From the NCBI GenBank assembly GCA_951406725.2, contig OX597826.1, positions 37,634,001-37,698,000 of the forward strand: 64,000 bases of DNA, in the 5' to 3' direction. Every line of letters starts with the position of its first letter. Within the stretch, counting starts at the first letter, position 1. This DNA is from Octopus vulgaris. Taxonomy: Eukaryota. The notes below the pieces were generated by a model that searched no databases, had not been told where the DNA came from, and saw only the letters and a program-made list of their open reading frames with translations. Of the stretch, positions 27,158-40,771 are shown piece after piece. A program made the translations under genes and the position numbers.

Positions 27158-29404
27158 ATATATATTAATGTATGTATATATATATGAACATTCGTGTGTA
27201 TGTGTATATAATATATGCGAGTGTGCGTGTATGTTTCTCTACGTATACAAACAGACACACACACACACACACATTTAGCAAGTACAATTCAATGCTTATA
27301 AAGCAGCAAAATGTATTTATAAACAGAAAACAATACAACGTAATACATCATCACATCCTACACCACTTAGAAGTCTTAAAGACTGACATAATGATAGGAA
27401 ATAGAGAGGGGGTTAGAGAGAGTGTGAGTGAGTGAGAGAGAGACTACGTGATAATGTGTTTACTGCAAGTTTCATTATTGTCAAAAAAAGACATAAAACA
27501 ACGCCAAGAACAAAAGCTCTAGATATCATTTGTGCCATTGGTCATAAGCTAAATTTTAACAAAAGCTAAATTCAAATAGAAAAATAATATTCTTCTAACA
27601 TTTTCCATTGTGTTAAAGAGAATTGCTACTCTTCAGTTAGAAACGGAATTATTGTTGATTCTATTTAAAATGGAACTTCCTTTTGTTATTTTGGCATTAT
27701 GTTTGATTTTTGTTTGTATTTCTTTGAGCAATTTTTACATTTCAAACTTGTTATATTTCAGAAGTTAATTTTCTATTATATTTTAACTCTTCTTACGCTC
27801 ATTTCAAATGATGTATTATGTTGAAAGCAGATGGTTGGCCTACCTTAGTCTTCAACGAGTTCATATGATTCCAGGTGTTATTATCAATTCACTGAATTAT
27901 TTATCATATTTGTCTACAGTTACTGTCAAATGTAGTTGAAGTCAAGTTACATCAACATGTATCTCTGCACGTGCGCACACACGTGTGTGTATGTTTCTGT
28001 GTGTGCGTGTGTCTTATTTAATAGCTTAGGGATTTTCTTTGAAGATGACGAGTGCGAAGAGAATTGGAGCTTCAAATAGAATGCCTTGTAGTATTTGTAG
28101 CAACCCTCTGATTTGCAATCCCACCAAGTATCAATAAATACAGGCGTGCGGTGGAGTCTTCTTTCTCCTTCTCTGTGTAGTTGTCTCCCAATTTTACTCA
28201 GAATATTCGACCACTCCCAACAACTCTTCGCCATTTCTGGCAAAAGGTTGAGCAAGTACTAGTAACGTCACCTCATCGAAAACCATAGATGCTACAAAAA
28301 GAGTCAAAAGATGAATTAGCTTGTCAGGAAGCAGCAGAGAAATGAAAATAAATAATTTTAATTTCCCTTCTTTGACCAGACATATAATTGTTAGTGAATA
28401 TGAATCGAATCTAATCATATTATCTTTTGATTGTAATTGCAGAAACAACTCCCAACTTTAGAGTAGTTTAGTTTTAAAAGAATGTTTATTGTTTGTGTAT
28501 CCCAGTATTGTATTTTTCTAAAGATTATTTATTCAATGTGTTAAAGTAATCAATGGCCTATATACACCCATAGTGCTACAGTGAATTAGGAAAGGAAAAG
28601 CACATATTATAAAGCGCATGCTATCAGGTGGCTAAACTCTTGTGAGGGAAATGTGTGGGGCTGACATTAGAATAAACGATGGATCATGCATGAGAATGAT
28701 ATGCCAACTATATTTATTTTATACTTATCTTTGAGAAAAATCGTTTGGATCTAACTAAGTAAATAAATAAATAAATAAGACAGGGACAAAATCTAGATTA
28801 AAAAATAAGGTTATATTCGAGCAAGTTGTTTTATCATATTCTTCCATGTTACAAAACACACCATCATTTATGTTGAACGAGAGGCTTATAGATCGTATGT
28901 CAAGTTATTTCGCCTTGCCCATTTATTTTCATAATAGAAAACTAGCTTCTTTTAATAGCCCGCCTCCACACCTCTCACCAGATACAACATACTTTATCAT
29001 TACTGACGTAGCTCGTGCTATACTTTTCTATTTTGTTAATCTTTTACTTCATTTTATTATTCTTATAAAACTTTTCATAATTCATTTCTACATTAAGTTG
29101 ACACCAGTTAGCTTAAAGACTAAACTTCGTAAATCTACCATATTAGAATACATAACATTTTTATACAAACAGCAATATATCGTTAGAAGCGACATATTCC
29201 ATGAATTAAGAAAGAGAATCGAATTCCTGTACGTCTTCAAGATATGCTGGGTTCTACTGAGATAATTTTAAACTAGAGACGTTTTAGCATCTGTTAGACA
29301 AAAATATAAATTTCTTAAATTAAAATTATTTTCTTAGTGGTGAAAACTGATTCTCTACAGGAACCTTATTTGGAAAAGAAACAAGTTTTTTTTAAAGAAA
29401 CGAT

Positions 29405-29892
29405 CTTTTATCTTTCATCTTTTAATTGTTTAAATGATTAGACTGCGATCATGCTGGTGCATCGCCTTGGAGAATTTTGAACGAATGAATCAACTGCAGT
29501 ACTTTTATTTTCTTTTTATTTTATTTTTAAGGTTGGTACTTATTTTGCTGAACCACTCAGTTACGGAGACGGCAACACACAAAACGGTTGTTGAGCGGTG
29601 GTGAGAAAGAAACACAGAAACAAAGATGTACACGTAAACATACACACGCACACACACACACACACACGTACACACACACACACACACATACATACATATA
29701 TATATATATATGTACATGTATATAAATAATACAATGAGCTTCTTTCAGTTTCCGCTTATCTAATCCGCTTACAAGGCTTTTGTCGCCCGACGTTATGGAA
29801 GAAGTCACCTGCCCAAGGTGCCACACAGTAGGACTGAACCCGGATCCATATTGATGGCAAACAAACTTCTTACCACACAGCTACTTCTGCAC
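29405..29892 (-). mobile_element. SINE family A, diverged full-length copy
   Basis: Head, internal (TA)(TG) tract and tail on the reverse strand. Confidence 0.82.
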
Positions 29893-29959
29893 CAACACAG
29901 CCATTCCTCATCTGTCAACAAATCAGTGATTATCATCATAATACTCAACGGTATCATAT

Positions 29960-30172
29960 TGATTTCAAATTTTAGCACAAGGCCAGCAATTTCGGGGACT
30001 AGATTAAGTCGATTACAGTGATCCCAGGGCTCAACTGGTGCTTGTTTTATCGACCCCGAAAGAGTGAAAGACAAAGTCAACCTCAGTGGCATTTGAACCC
30101 AGAACGTAAAGATGAATGAAATTCTGCTAAGCATTTTGGCCGGCGTGCTAACGATTCTGCCAGGTCACCGCC
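29960..30172 (-). mobile_element. SINE family B with ~20-bp target-site duplication
   Basis: Flanked by atactcaacggtatcatatt / atactcagcaatatcatatt. Confidence 0.85.
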
Positions 30173-30539
30173 ATACTCAGCAATATCATATTACCCACTA
30201 ACAAGAACGGGCAATTCAAAGCAACAAAGAACCTTCCAGCAGAATGAGAATTACAAGACGAGCAACAAAACCAAAACAATCACTCGACGTGTCCAGCATT
30301 ACACTTATTGTCGTGTTAAATATGTTTTTGATTCTAGCAAAGACTAAAGAAGTTCCTATTCTGATTAAGACTCCGATTGTCATAAAGACTGTGGCGGCTG
30401 ATAATTTGAGCGTTGGTTTTTCTTTCTACATAAATATTCTGTATTTAAAGAATAGTGTGCAGCGTCAAAGACCTTACTTAGGCAAGGACAACAGTAGTAA
30501 ACCCAGTCACTCGCTTAAATACATACGCACGTACACACA

Positions 30540-30578
<39 letters not shown>

Positions 30579-30606
30579 GCACAATACATACATATATACA
30601 TACATA

Positions 30607-30811
30607 GGCGCAGGAATGGATGTGTGGTAAGCATAGGCGCAGGAGTAGCTGTGTGGTAAGAAGATTGCTTACCAACAAGATGGTTCGAAGTTCAATCCCA
30701 CTGCGTGGCACCTTGGGCAAGTGTCCTCTACTATTGCCTCGGGCCGACCAAAGCCTCGTAAGTGGATTTGGTAGACGGAAACGGAAAGAAGCCCTTCGTA
30801 TATATATATAC

Positions 30812-30904
<93 letters not shown>

Positions 30905-31107
30905 TGTGTGTGTCTGTGTCCGTCCCCGCAATATCCCTTGACAACCAACGCTAGTGTGTTTACGTCCCTGTTAACTAGCAGTCCGGCAAAAGAGACCGAT
31001 AGAATAAGTACTAGGCTTACAAAGAATAAGTCCTGGGGTCGATTTGCTCGACTAAAGGCGGTGCTCCAGCATGACCGCAGTCAAATGTCTGAAACAAATA
31101 AAAGAAT
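30607..31107 (+). mobile_element. SINE family A with duplicated 5' head
   Basis: cataggcgcaggartrgmtgtgtggtaag occurs twice in tandem, then a full body and tail. Confidence 0.9.
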
Positions 31108-31182
31108 ATATATATTCACGGAATCGTAAAACTGTTTATTCCTGATACATTTAATTCCTGATATCATTTCTATTTTGTGTTA

Positions 31183-31770
31183 TTCTTGACCCTGAGCAGC
31201 ACTACCTCCTCCAGGCACTTGATGTAGGTCTCCTTGTTGAGTGTGAGGCCATATGGGAAGGTGAATGCAGGTATAACGTTGTACACTCCAATCACCAGGA
31301 TATTGGCTGGATGTTTGATTTTTATCCACCTCAGTACATGTTTTGGTGACACGGCAAGCTAACGATTGTTCTGTGTTCAACATCTGACCTTAGCAGAAAG
31401 TTTTCTCGTCTGAGAAAAACCAAAGAGTGTTCCAGTGGCGGGGATGCTCGATTTGTTCAAAAGCTTCATAGTGCGGTCTTTCCTCTTGTCCTTCCTGGCT
31501 TGGGATAAAAGCTGATCGTTGTCAATCATGGCCTGAATCTCACCAGCAAATTCAGGAGTTCTTTTCTTATCAGAACCATCACAGTGAGTTTTCCGAGCTG
31601 CCGTACATTCATAATCACCATTTGACTCCTCCAACTCTTTCCGAATGCTCTACACTGTAATCAGGTTGACACCCAACCATTCAGAAATGTTCGTACTGGA
31701 GTTTATGGCGCCAATGCCAAGCAGTAGAACATGTCATTTCCAAATTTCTGGCAGAGTGAATTCCGTCATG
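31183..31770 (-). pseudogene. Tc1/mariner-superfamily transposase relic (maT/DD37D-like), N-terminal two-thirds
   Basis: MTEFTLPEIWK...ISEWLGVN...KKRTPEF...WFFSDEKTF...NNR.LA...KHPANILVIG...GLTLNKETYIKCLEEVV, with stops and frameshifts. Confidence 0.8.
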
Positions 31771-31830
31771 ATGCTGTTTTCTCACAGACTGTGCCCAGCT
31801 GTCCCTACTATATATATATATATATATATA

Positions 31831-32300
31831 TATCAACAATTGAGGGTAAAATTAATTAAATAATCAATTTCACCAAGTGTTCAGTATGTAAAAGGACCAT
31901 TTAAGGCGAATTCAAAATATTACATTATATAATTAGGGCTTAGTAAAATAAATTACTTTGCCACATACTGAACTTAGTAGAAATAGCAGCCAAAAAAAAA
32001 AATTTTCTTAGCATTTCTACTACTTAAAGAAAATTTCTCTCAGATAATGTTTACTCTAGACAGCTCACGAAGGTTTGGGGGTAAATACAGAAAAATATCA
32101 CAAGTACATAGATCGTTTGAGTACGTCAACGTTTCAAGATTAGCCAAATAAATCAGCATTTCTTTCGTCAGCTCAAAATTTCTTAATTTGGATTTGGAAA
32201 CACTAAAAAGAAGGAACTTTACCTACCAGCGAACTTGTCGCTTCAGATGAACCACTCCAACTAAACAGTGTCAACAAATTCAAAATGCGCAGGGGAAAAT
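31831..32300 (-). mobile_element. Penelope-like/retrozyme-like element (family E)
   Basis: Collinear with 60928-61400; contains an HHR and abuts (TA)n. Confidence 0.75.
32116..32177 (-). ncRNA. Type I hammerhead ribozyme
   Basis: tttgag-CTGACGA-aaga...tctt-GAAA-cgt tg acg-TA-ctcaaa. All three stems pair; GUA triplet. Confidence 0.9.
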
Positions 32301-32487
32301 CAGATTTAGGATTAAATCCAATTTTATAGTTAAATATATTATATCATATTATATTAAATTAGAGATAAAACCACTATTAGGCAAATCAAACAATGAAAAA
32401 CATAACCCAATACATAAGATTACTTAATTTATATTATTTTAAATATATATCAAAAGTATTAAAAGTTTAATAAAAGATAAAGAGTAA

Positions 32488-32560
32488 AACACTACGATCG
32501 TTTCATGGCTGTACAATTCGTAATAATTCGAGTTATGGTTACAGTCAATCTTCAGGTTAA
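32488..32560 (-). ncRNA. Type I hammerhead ribozyme (weak stem I)
   Basis: aac-CTGAAGA-ttgactgta...tacagccat-GAAA-cgatcg-TA-gtg. Palindromic stem III. Confidence 0.72.
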
Positions 32561-32600
32561 TACAAATATTTATCTTAGCGAAGTTTAGCAATGAACTGTG

Positions 32601-32649
<49 letters not shown>

Positions 32650-32657
<8 letters not shown>

Positions 32658-32924
32658 CAAAAGAAAAACAGGATGCAAAGGATTTAATGGTACATATGTT
32701 TCTGGCTTTATTAGACAGTTTATATCAATGCATAATTGATGTTATATGTACGTCAATAGCTTTCTTCAGCCACGCACAATTACCATACCAAAGACATGTA
32801 TTACATTGTAAGTTTGGGAAGCAAACATATTACATCAATTATGCATTGATATAAACTGTTTAATAAAGCCAGAAACATATGTACCGCTAAATCCTTTGCA
32901 TCCTGTTTTTCTTTTGATAAATAT
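32650..32924. repeat. 100-bp inverted repeat (32650-32749/32825-32924), Penelope-like inverted pLTR
   Basis: The arms are reverse complements with few mismatches. Confidence 0.88.
32687..32773 (-). ncRNA. Type I hammerhead ribozyme with long stem II
   Basis: gtgg-CTGAAGA-aagct...aagcca-GAAA-catatg-TA-ccat. Confidence 0.72.
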
Positions 32925-33120
32925 ACCCTATCACCTACACCACTAACTGGCATATACAGGTGCTTACTGTTATCAAGTATTCACCCTGAATTCAGCAACA
33001 ATTTAGATTCAAATGAATATGGTACTTAATTTAGATGCACCAGAATTTTCTATGGTGTTATCCATAAAAATTTGCGGGGTGATTATAATCAAAAATGAGC
33101 AACAAGAGTGACTCCGGTAG

Positions 33121-33208
33121 TTTGGTACAATTGTTTCGCACTACAACATTTTATTAAAAGTTGTAATTATTACAGCAAATTTAAGATGTTGACTGCTTAT
33201 CAGCCAAA
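33121..33208 (-). ncRNA. Type I hammerhead, G8A core variant (CUGAUAA)
   Basis: Inverted copy of 33347-33434. Confidence 0.7.
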
Positions 33209-33346
33209 AATATAGGTTTTCCAATAATACAAAAGCTTTTAAATCAAGAAGTAACAATTTAATTCTACATCTTTATCTGTATATCTACCTTCTCTAAAAT
33301 GTTACTACTTGATATAAAGCTTTTGTATTATTGGAAAACCTATATT

Positions 33347-33434
33347 TTTGGCTGATGAGCACTCAACATCTTAAATCTGCTGTAATAATTACAACCCTTA
33401 ATAAAATGTTGTAGTGCGAAACAATTGTACCAAA
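33347..33434 (+). ncRNA. Type I hammerhead ribozyme
   Basis: tttgg-CTGATGA-gcact caacat...atgttg t agtgc-GAAA-caattg-TA-ccaaa. Predicted cut after 33429. Confidence 0.92.
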
Positions 33435-33458
33435 CTACCGGAGTCATTCTTATTGCTC

Positions 33459-33533
<75 letters not shown>

Positions 33534-34073
33534 AATATATATATAGGCGTCTGTGTATAAATAAGGAACGATGCACCTGCGTGTATAAATGCGTGTGTGT
33601 GTGTGCGCGTGTCTACATGCGTATATAGGCGTATGTTGGGATATTGATATGCGCCTAGTAATAATAAAGTTTTATCACCCGATCAACAACCTGAACCCAT
33701 TCCAGCTCAATGCGTCTGCATGGTGCCAATGATCAACAACTATCAAGAAACTTATCCCTACCAACTGGTCTACCGATGATCTGCTCATACACTATCACAC
33801 TTTATAGCGTGTCTTATTCTAATCTAATGTATTCTATGGTGAAGTTCTCTTTATTCATTGTTTTGTATTTTTTCTTTATAATTTTTTTCTCAATTACTTG
33901 TTGTTCGTATTCTCAACCTGGCAACTTAGTCTATCCCTTGCTATTCTTCATTCTTCCTCAATGTATTTTAGATACGACTACTGTCAGAATGTTCCAGTTA
34001 AGCTTAAGGGCGAAATGTCAATTATTTACATTATTTACATTTGACAGATATTTGTCCTTATATTCTTTGTTTT

Positions 34074-34119
34074 AACACAACGTTTCGGCTGATATACTCT
34101 CCAGCCTTCATCAGGTGGC
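34074..34119 (-). ncRNA. Minimal type I hammerhead ribozyme
   Basis: gccac-CTGATGA-a-ggctg...cagcc-GAAA-cg-TT-gtgtt. Stem III is reduced to the AACGTT palindrome. Confidence 0.8.
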
Positions 34120-34175
34120 TTGGAGAAATTTCGAACCTGAGTTCTCATTCCTAAGGTATTTTTCGATGTTGTTGC

Positions 34176-34362
<187 letters not shown>

Positions 34363-34647
34363 ACGGATATTTGTCATCTTGGTTGTTGTTAATTCAACGT
34401 TTTAGCTGATATAATCTCCAGCCTCCATCAGGTGTCTTGGGGAAATTTCCTCAATTATGTAAAGAGAAATCAAGATATATCACCGGAAAAGATACTTCCG
34501 CATTGTGAGATACATTGGAAGTCATTGTATAGTTTCCCAGCCACGAAGCTGGGCAGGAGGTTTCGAAATGATGGTTGCGATAAATAAAGTCTCCAGTATA
34601 TTCCATCTTCCGTATGAATTGCTTTTATCATATATATGCGTACATAC

Positions 34648-34728
<81 letters not shown>

Positions 34729-34899
34729 TATGTATGTATGTATGCATGTATGTACGTATACACATACATATATATGCACATAAATACTGTGTTGGGCCAA
34801 ACGCTTTGCAATATTCTGGTAACTTGCTTTAATCGTCAAGTTAAACTAAAAGTAACCAGACATTCAAAGCAGAGATCATCGTGTTGCAGCGTCTGAAGC

Positions 34900-35530
34900 C
34901 ACCTATCTTCCAGTTTGGGGATTCCACACTAATGCTAGTTGTTGGTCTTTGAGGCAAAGAACATCTTGCCTTAAACTTCCACCTGCTCTTTATTGATGAA
35001 GTGAGCCATGGATTGGAACAAGTAATAATCGAGGAAGATATTTTACTGCACTCCTAACGCACATGAGCAGTAACTCAAGCAAGGGAAAGCTTTCAGAACC
35101 TGTCGCTAAACATGGGTGTTTCAAGCGTATGGTAAGTCTCTGCGTCTGGGGGAATTATTATGGAATAATTCACAAAAAAGTTCTTTCCGGACAGTCGAAT
35201 CATCGATAGCAGCCTATACTCTGAACAGCTGAAGCAGGCATACGCCACTGTGCAGCAAAAAACAGAATTGGTTAAAGACTATACAAGACCTCGTACCGCT
35301 TGAACGACTCTAGATAAACTCTAGAAACATGAGGGAGACGAACTGATGCTACACCCGACATAGAGTCCGGACCTAGAGTCCTTCTGATTATCCCTGATTC
35401 CGATTCTTTGCTCATTTCATCAACGAACAGAAGGTAGAAGTTTCAGTGAAGGAGTTCTTTGCCTTAAGGAATAAAAACTTATTCCAGCATGTTATTAAAG
35501 ACCTGACAGATATGTGGCTTCAGATCGAAC
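34900..35530 (+). pseudogene. mariner (DD34D-type) transposase relic
   Basis: LCVWGNYYGIIH, IDSSLYSEQL, DYTRPRTA, LHPT*SPDL.PSDY, VKEFFA, IKDLTDMW. Confidence 0.85.
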
Positions 35531-35630
35531 TTAACAATCGATTAATATCCCCACTCTATTGGCAAATGACCATTGTCATCATAATCATCAGAAACATTAT
35601 GATCTTTAGCTTCTTCTTTCTCGACACTGT

Positions 35631-35676
<46 letters not shown>

Positions 35677-36316
35677 GCTCTCTTTCCTCCTCATTCGTTT
35701 TCATTTCTGTTCGACTTAACGATCATATCTACTTGTAATCGCGTATGATATAATGAAGGATAAATTAGTCGGCATTATGACTGATCTCTTTGACAATGAT
35801 TCTGCAATGACATAGATGGAATGAAACCGCAACAAAGAGATCTTCAATTCCTTCAACTCCTCTCTTTCCAGTAAACTGGAACAATAATTTTCATTACCAA
35901 TTCCACAGCAACACATCTAAAGAAAATACACGGATACAAGTCTTTGATTGAGAACCCCAAATCTCAATTACTTCGTTATTGCAACTTCTCCTTAAAACCG
36001 ATAAAATTAAAGGATAATTCTTACATATTAAATGATAATTCTTATGTACAGACACATATTATCTGTCCATAGTAAAACGTTGTATGGATGACAAGCATGA
36101 GACTAATATATTCCTGGTTCAAACTTTGGAATGTACACGGTAATTTCAGGTGTTAATTTTCTTTGATCTTTGCTCCCAGCTTGTAAGCGGAATCACTTTG
36201 TAAGTATTTGTGTAATTACAGATACGGAGGGTTAATGATTCTACATAAATTAGAATATGAGAGAGGACCACATTTCAACATTTTCAGACCTATCGAAGTC
36301 AATAAGAAATAGGACT

Positions 36317-36417
36317 AGATAGATAGATAGATAGAAGATAGATAAATAGATAGGTAGGTAGGTAGATAGATAGATAGGTAGATAGATAGATAGATAGATA
36401 GATATATAGATACATAA

Positions 36418-36496
<79 letters not shown>
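36317..36496. repeat. Imperfect (GATA)n
   Basis: Seen directly. Confidence 0.95.
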
Positions 36497-36657
36497 CAGA
36501 CATTGGGGAGGGAGGAGGACAATTATGCGGATATATAACGGCTTCGGTATGAAATACAAAATATGTGTATACGTATACATGCATCATAATATATATCATA
36601 ATATAATATGAATATAATATAAGATAAGATGACATAAAAAAGAGCATGAAAAAAAAA

Positions 36658-36739
36658 TAGCCAACAATTTGTTTCGACTAATATACTTTATTTGATTTAT
36701 AAACAATTCAATCCACTTATAAAAGTCTCATCAGAGCTA
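36658..36739 (-). ncRNA. Type I hammerhead ribozyme
   Basis: tagct-CTGATGA-gact...agtc-GAAA-caaattg-TT-ggcta. All stems pair. Confidence 0.85.
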
Positions 36740-37173
36740 CAGTTTAAAAATAGACGAAATTTTGCGTGTAAGTGCAGCTGGTTTGCAAAAAAAATAATCC
36801 AAATGTATTATGAGCGCGAGCGTTAACTTTTCAACTACATAACAATTACAATTAAAAAACAACAAAATTATAACGGACAAACTAATTAAGTAAATCGAAT
36901 CTACAATTATCGAAATATATTTCTATATATCTCAAGTAATATTGATCCAAATTCGTTTAGGTCGAAGACAACCTTTCGCTATTATAATAACATACAACTA
37001 CAAAGTATAGGTACACAAACATCAGGGTCTTAATCTAGAAACTAATAAAACGTGTAAAAAAAGATACATAGACACACATATTTTTATACTTATATACACA
37101 TATATATAAACACAGATAATATATATATATAAATATATATATTTATATTTTTATATGTGTGTGTGTACATACA

Positions 37174-37223
<50 letters not shown>

Positions 37224-37236
37224 TGTATATATATGT

Positions 37237-37279
<43 letters not shown>

Positions 37280-37980
37280 TTTATATAAGTTTGTGTATAG
37301 CAAAGCATATGTATTTGTAAGCATGCGTATCTGTGTATGTGTAAGTGAAAGTATGCTTGTGCTTAAGCACGCATACACACGACGGTATGTATATGTATCA
37401 ATTCAAACTTGTGTATGTATACTGGCCTCTATAGATGGCAATAATATCGCTACAAGTTTTTTCCCCACCCCTCCTTCGTTCCTTTTTCTCTCTTTCCCTT
37501 TCTTTCGTTCCCCCTCCTTGCTCAGTATATGAGAATTGCTACATAGATGAATTTTAGCTTGCGTGCGAGACGGTTTGCGTGAATATATGTACACATGCTT
37601 TTATGTGTATAATTTAGATTCATATTCATACGTCTGTATATGTATGTATGTATGGCGTTTACGCGCATCCTTTTGTGTATGTTGATATATATATGTGGAT
37701 TTTAATATAAATATGTATTGCAGTATTTATAACAGGTTTAATTTCTATGCATTAATTTGTACTGTCTTCATTAACGGCAATAGGTTTTTTCCTCGGTTTT
37801 TTCCTCGGATTTTATAATTTTTATAAGTTTTTTTATATATATATACATATATTTTTGACCTTTTGTTTATCGCTCGAAGATTGACCGTTTTTTCTAAAGG
37901 GCCAATCAAACAAGTCCATTTCTTTTTAAAGATGTAGCGTTTGTAAGAGTATAGATTGAATTAATATATATGTTCCATTC

Positions 37981-38036
37981 TAGCAAAAACTGTCTGATGA
38001 ACGGCAACGAGAAACTCAGAGTAACAGATTTTGTTG
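37981..38036 (+). ncRNA. Minimal type I hammerhead ribozyme
   Basis: gcaaaa a ctgt-CTGATGA-a cg gcaa cg a-GAAA-ctc a gag-TA-acag a ttttgt. Confidence 0.78.
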
Positions 38037-38060
38037 AATTTTCTGCTGCTTAAAATAAAG

Positions 38061-38093
<33 letters not shown>

Positions 38094-38147
38094 ATGTGTG
38101 TGTGTATATATATATACATATATATATGCATGTACATGTATATATAA

Positions 38148-38335
38148 GCGCCCTGATTGACCGCTAACTCCCAAAGTTTTATTAATCTCTCTGTTTATTT
38201 CCTCGTGTTCTTTTCTACTGAAGAGCGTTGGCTCGAAAGGTAAAATACTTTCTTGCCTTCCTGAGCGTCAAACTAATACATCTTGTTGTTTATACACCTG
38301 TCTTCGTCTTTTGTTTTTCTATAAATTTCAACTAT
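38148..38335 (+). mobile_element. Family C Penelope-like repeat with decayed hammerhead-like motif (38210-38246)
   Basis: ctactgaagagcgttggctcgaaagg...ttcctgagcgtcaaactaataca, homologous to 5400-5642. Confidence 0.65.
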
Positions 38336-38378
38336 ACACACACACACTCACACACACACATGTGTATATATATATATG

Positions 38379-38439
<61 letters not shown>

Positions 38440-38597
38440 GATAGAAAATGATGATGTATAACAATTGGCAATTCAAAAATTAAAATTTAAAAGTTATGAG
38501 CATAATATTATATTATATTATATTCTTATAATAATACAATATATTCTTATAATAATACAATATAATAAGTGATAAATATGACATAGATTTCATATAT

Positions 38598-38749
38598 TCA
38601 ATTGTTGGCTGTAATAAAATTATAAAAAGTCATTGTTTTTTGGCCAAGAATCTCATTGGTGTAATTTCTTATGTATAAGAAATTACGCTGAGGTGATTCT
38701 CGATCAAAAAACAACATACTTTTATAATTTTATTATTGCGAGGAATTGA
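38598..38749. repeat. ~150-nt imperfect fold-back hairpin
   Basis: Nested pairs tcaatt/aattga, taataaaattataaaa/ttttataattttatta, ttgttttttg/caaaaaacaa, agaatc/gattct, gtaatttcttat/ataagaaattac. Confidence 0.8.
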
Positions 38750-38837
38750 AACATCGGTACGTGATCTATATTTCATATTTACTACTTACTAGCAGACATA
38801 TCTGGCGTTACTCGGGATTAAAATGACATAGATTTTT

Positions 38838-39000
38838 ATTGTTTTATTTGTTTCAGTCATGTGAGTGCGGCCATGATGGTGCAACACCTTCAGTCGAATA
38901 AATCGATCCTAGGATTCATTCTTCGTAAGCCTAGTACTTATTCTATTGGTTTCTTTTGCCGAACCGCTAAGTTACGGGGATATAAACACAGCAACATCGG
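38838..39000 (-). mobile_element. SINE family A 3' half
   Basis: Reverse-strand tail and body matches. Confidence 0.8.
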
Positions 39001-39125
39001 CAGGAGTCAGACAGTTGTAGCCAATGGTGCTCACTCTGAAGTGACACCAATTCTCAGCGGAGTCCGACAGAGAACTGTACTGGGACCTCTACTACTTGTG
39101 GTGGCTCTCTAAGAATGCCCTCCGT
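39001..39125 (+). mobile_element. CR1-like LINE RT fragment
   Basis: RSQTVVANGAHSEVTPILSGVRQRTVLGPLL corresponds to the SGVPQG.VLGP motif. Confidence 0.8.
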
Positions 39126-39173
39126 TGTACAGCCATATGTAATAAATACGCAAGTAAATACTGATACTATGGT

Positions 39174-39223
39174 ATTTCTACGCGTTTCGAGTTACTATGT
39201 AACAACGACTTCTTCAGACAAAA
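39174..39223 (-). ncRNA. Hammerhead motif, intact core with degraded stem I
   Basis: CTGAAGA-agtcgtt gttac ata gtaac tc-GAAA-cgcg-TA. Confidence 0.5.
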
Positions 39224-40726
39224 TTCTTTTATGTAATTGCCCGAAACACATGTATTAAATGCATCCAAAATAGCCAAATGTCAACATTTGGTGTTGTCTG
39301 TATTATATATAGATGCATGTGTGTGCGCGTGCGCGTGTGCATGTGTGCGTTATAAACTTATACATTAGAATATTACATTTAATTGCATCTTACCTCAGAT
39401 ATAATGTGTGCATCATGAAATACGCAACTATTGTAGTGCACTTTAGTTCGTTGCAACAGGCCATACAAGTTATAACACTTTATCAATAAATATAGCTTAA
39501 CATTTATTATTAGTATTCATTTACTTCAATAAAAAAAAATCATTGCTTGGAAAGGTGAGATCTCAGACGGATGGCATCAGATGCGAAATATAGAAATCAA
39601 TTTCACAATAGCACAAAAAATTAAATGTCAATACTAAAATTAATTTGAATGTCGCACCAAATAAATGTATTAAAACTAGCGTTTTGCGTAAAGTATAATT
39701 TAACATAAGATCGGAATATTAGCTCCTTTATAAACACGGTTCGTCTTTACTTTCATCTCTCTATTCATAATTCATGAACAAAAATAATAAATTTTTCATT
39801 TGCTGCATAAAAATGAAAACTCTTAGGACGTGTAATGTGATTAAGTTGGAACGTTATGTGGCAAATTAATATGGTGTGCTTCGTTTTTCACCGGAATTCA
39901 TTCAAAGTGCAAAGAAATAAAACTGGAAATTCAAATTGAAATAAGAAACGAAATTTGATTGCAAATATTACGTTTTCTTTTCTTGAATGCAAACAAGAGT
40001 AGAAATTAAAATGCAAACGGTGTAGAAATCTTCAAGTCTAAAATGAATAATTTAGCAAAAACATAATTTTGTTTTATGACAGTAATGATACTGATAGAAA
40101 AAGGTTTTAGCACACACACACAGATAGGTAGATATATTAGTGCGAACATGCTATCGTTAAGATAGCATCTTTTATATTGGTTTGATATCAATGTGGCATA
40201 TATTCTTATAGTGTATATGCGTAAATATACATATGGCATGCATGTGGAAAGATATCCAACATGAATGAGGCTCTAACATCAATAATAGAAAATGTGAAGT
40301 AGAAATATAAGTTGAATTGCAATTATGCTAAAAGAACGTGCATTTAAAATCATAGAAAATTGCTACCTAAGACTGCCGATAAAATTTAACATAAACATAT
40401 GCATGCATACACACTACGATGCATTTTTATTACGCTTAGTATTCGTTATTAATGACAATATCATCACAAATACAGTTACCCTACGTAGGTTTATGTATCA
40501 TCAATAATTGAGCCTAATTCTCATTATTGACACTCTTTTGATTACTTCACATAAATAGAATAAACTCTTAATCACAGAACCTGTGATGACCATCTATTTA
40601 AGTTACTTTCAGTGACTATTTTACTTCGCCGGTCATTAGATGATTACTTTATATCAGAAACAGGTAAGCAATGGACTTTATTTCTTGAAATAAAAGGGAA
40701 AAAATTAAAATATCTATACATATTTC

Positions 40727-40768
<42 letters not shown>

Positions 40769-40771
<3 letters not shown>

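Larger units (their letters stand above)
32990..33462. mobile_element. Family D Penelope-like element with ~168-bp inverted repeat (33093-33261/33295-33462)
   Basis: The arms are reverse complements and each carries a hammerhead. Confidence 0.85.

Noticed and set aside
27947-28448. Overlapping minus-strand ORFs in unique sequence
   Set aside because: No recognisable domain, and stops interrupt every frame.
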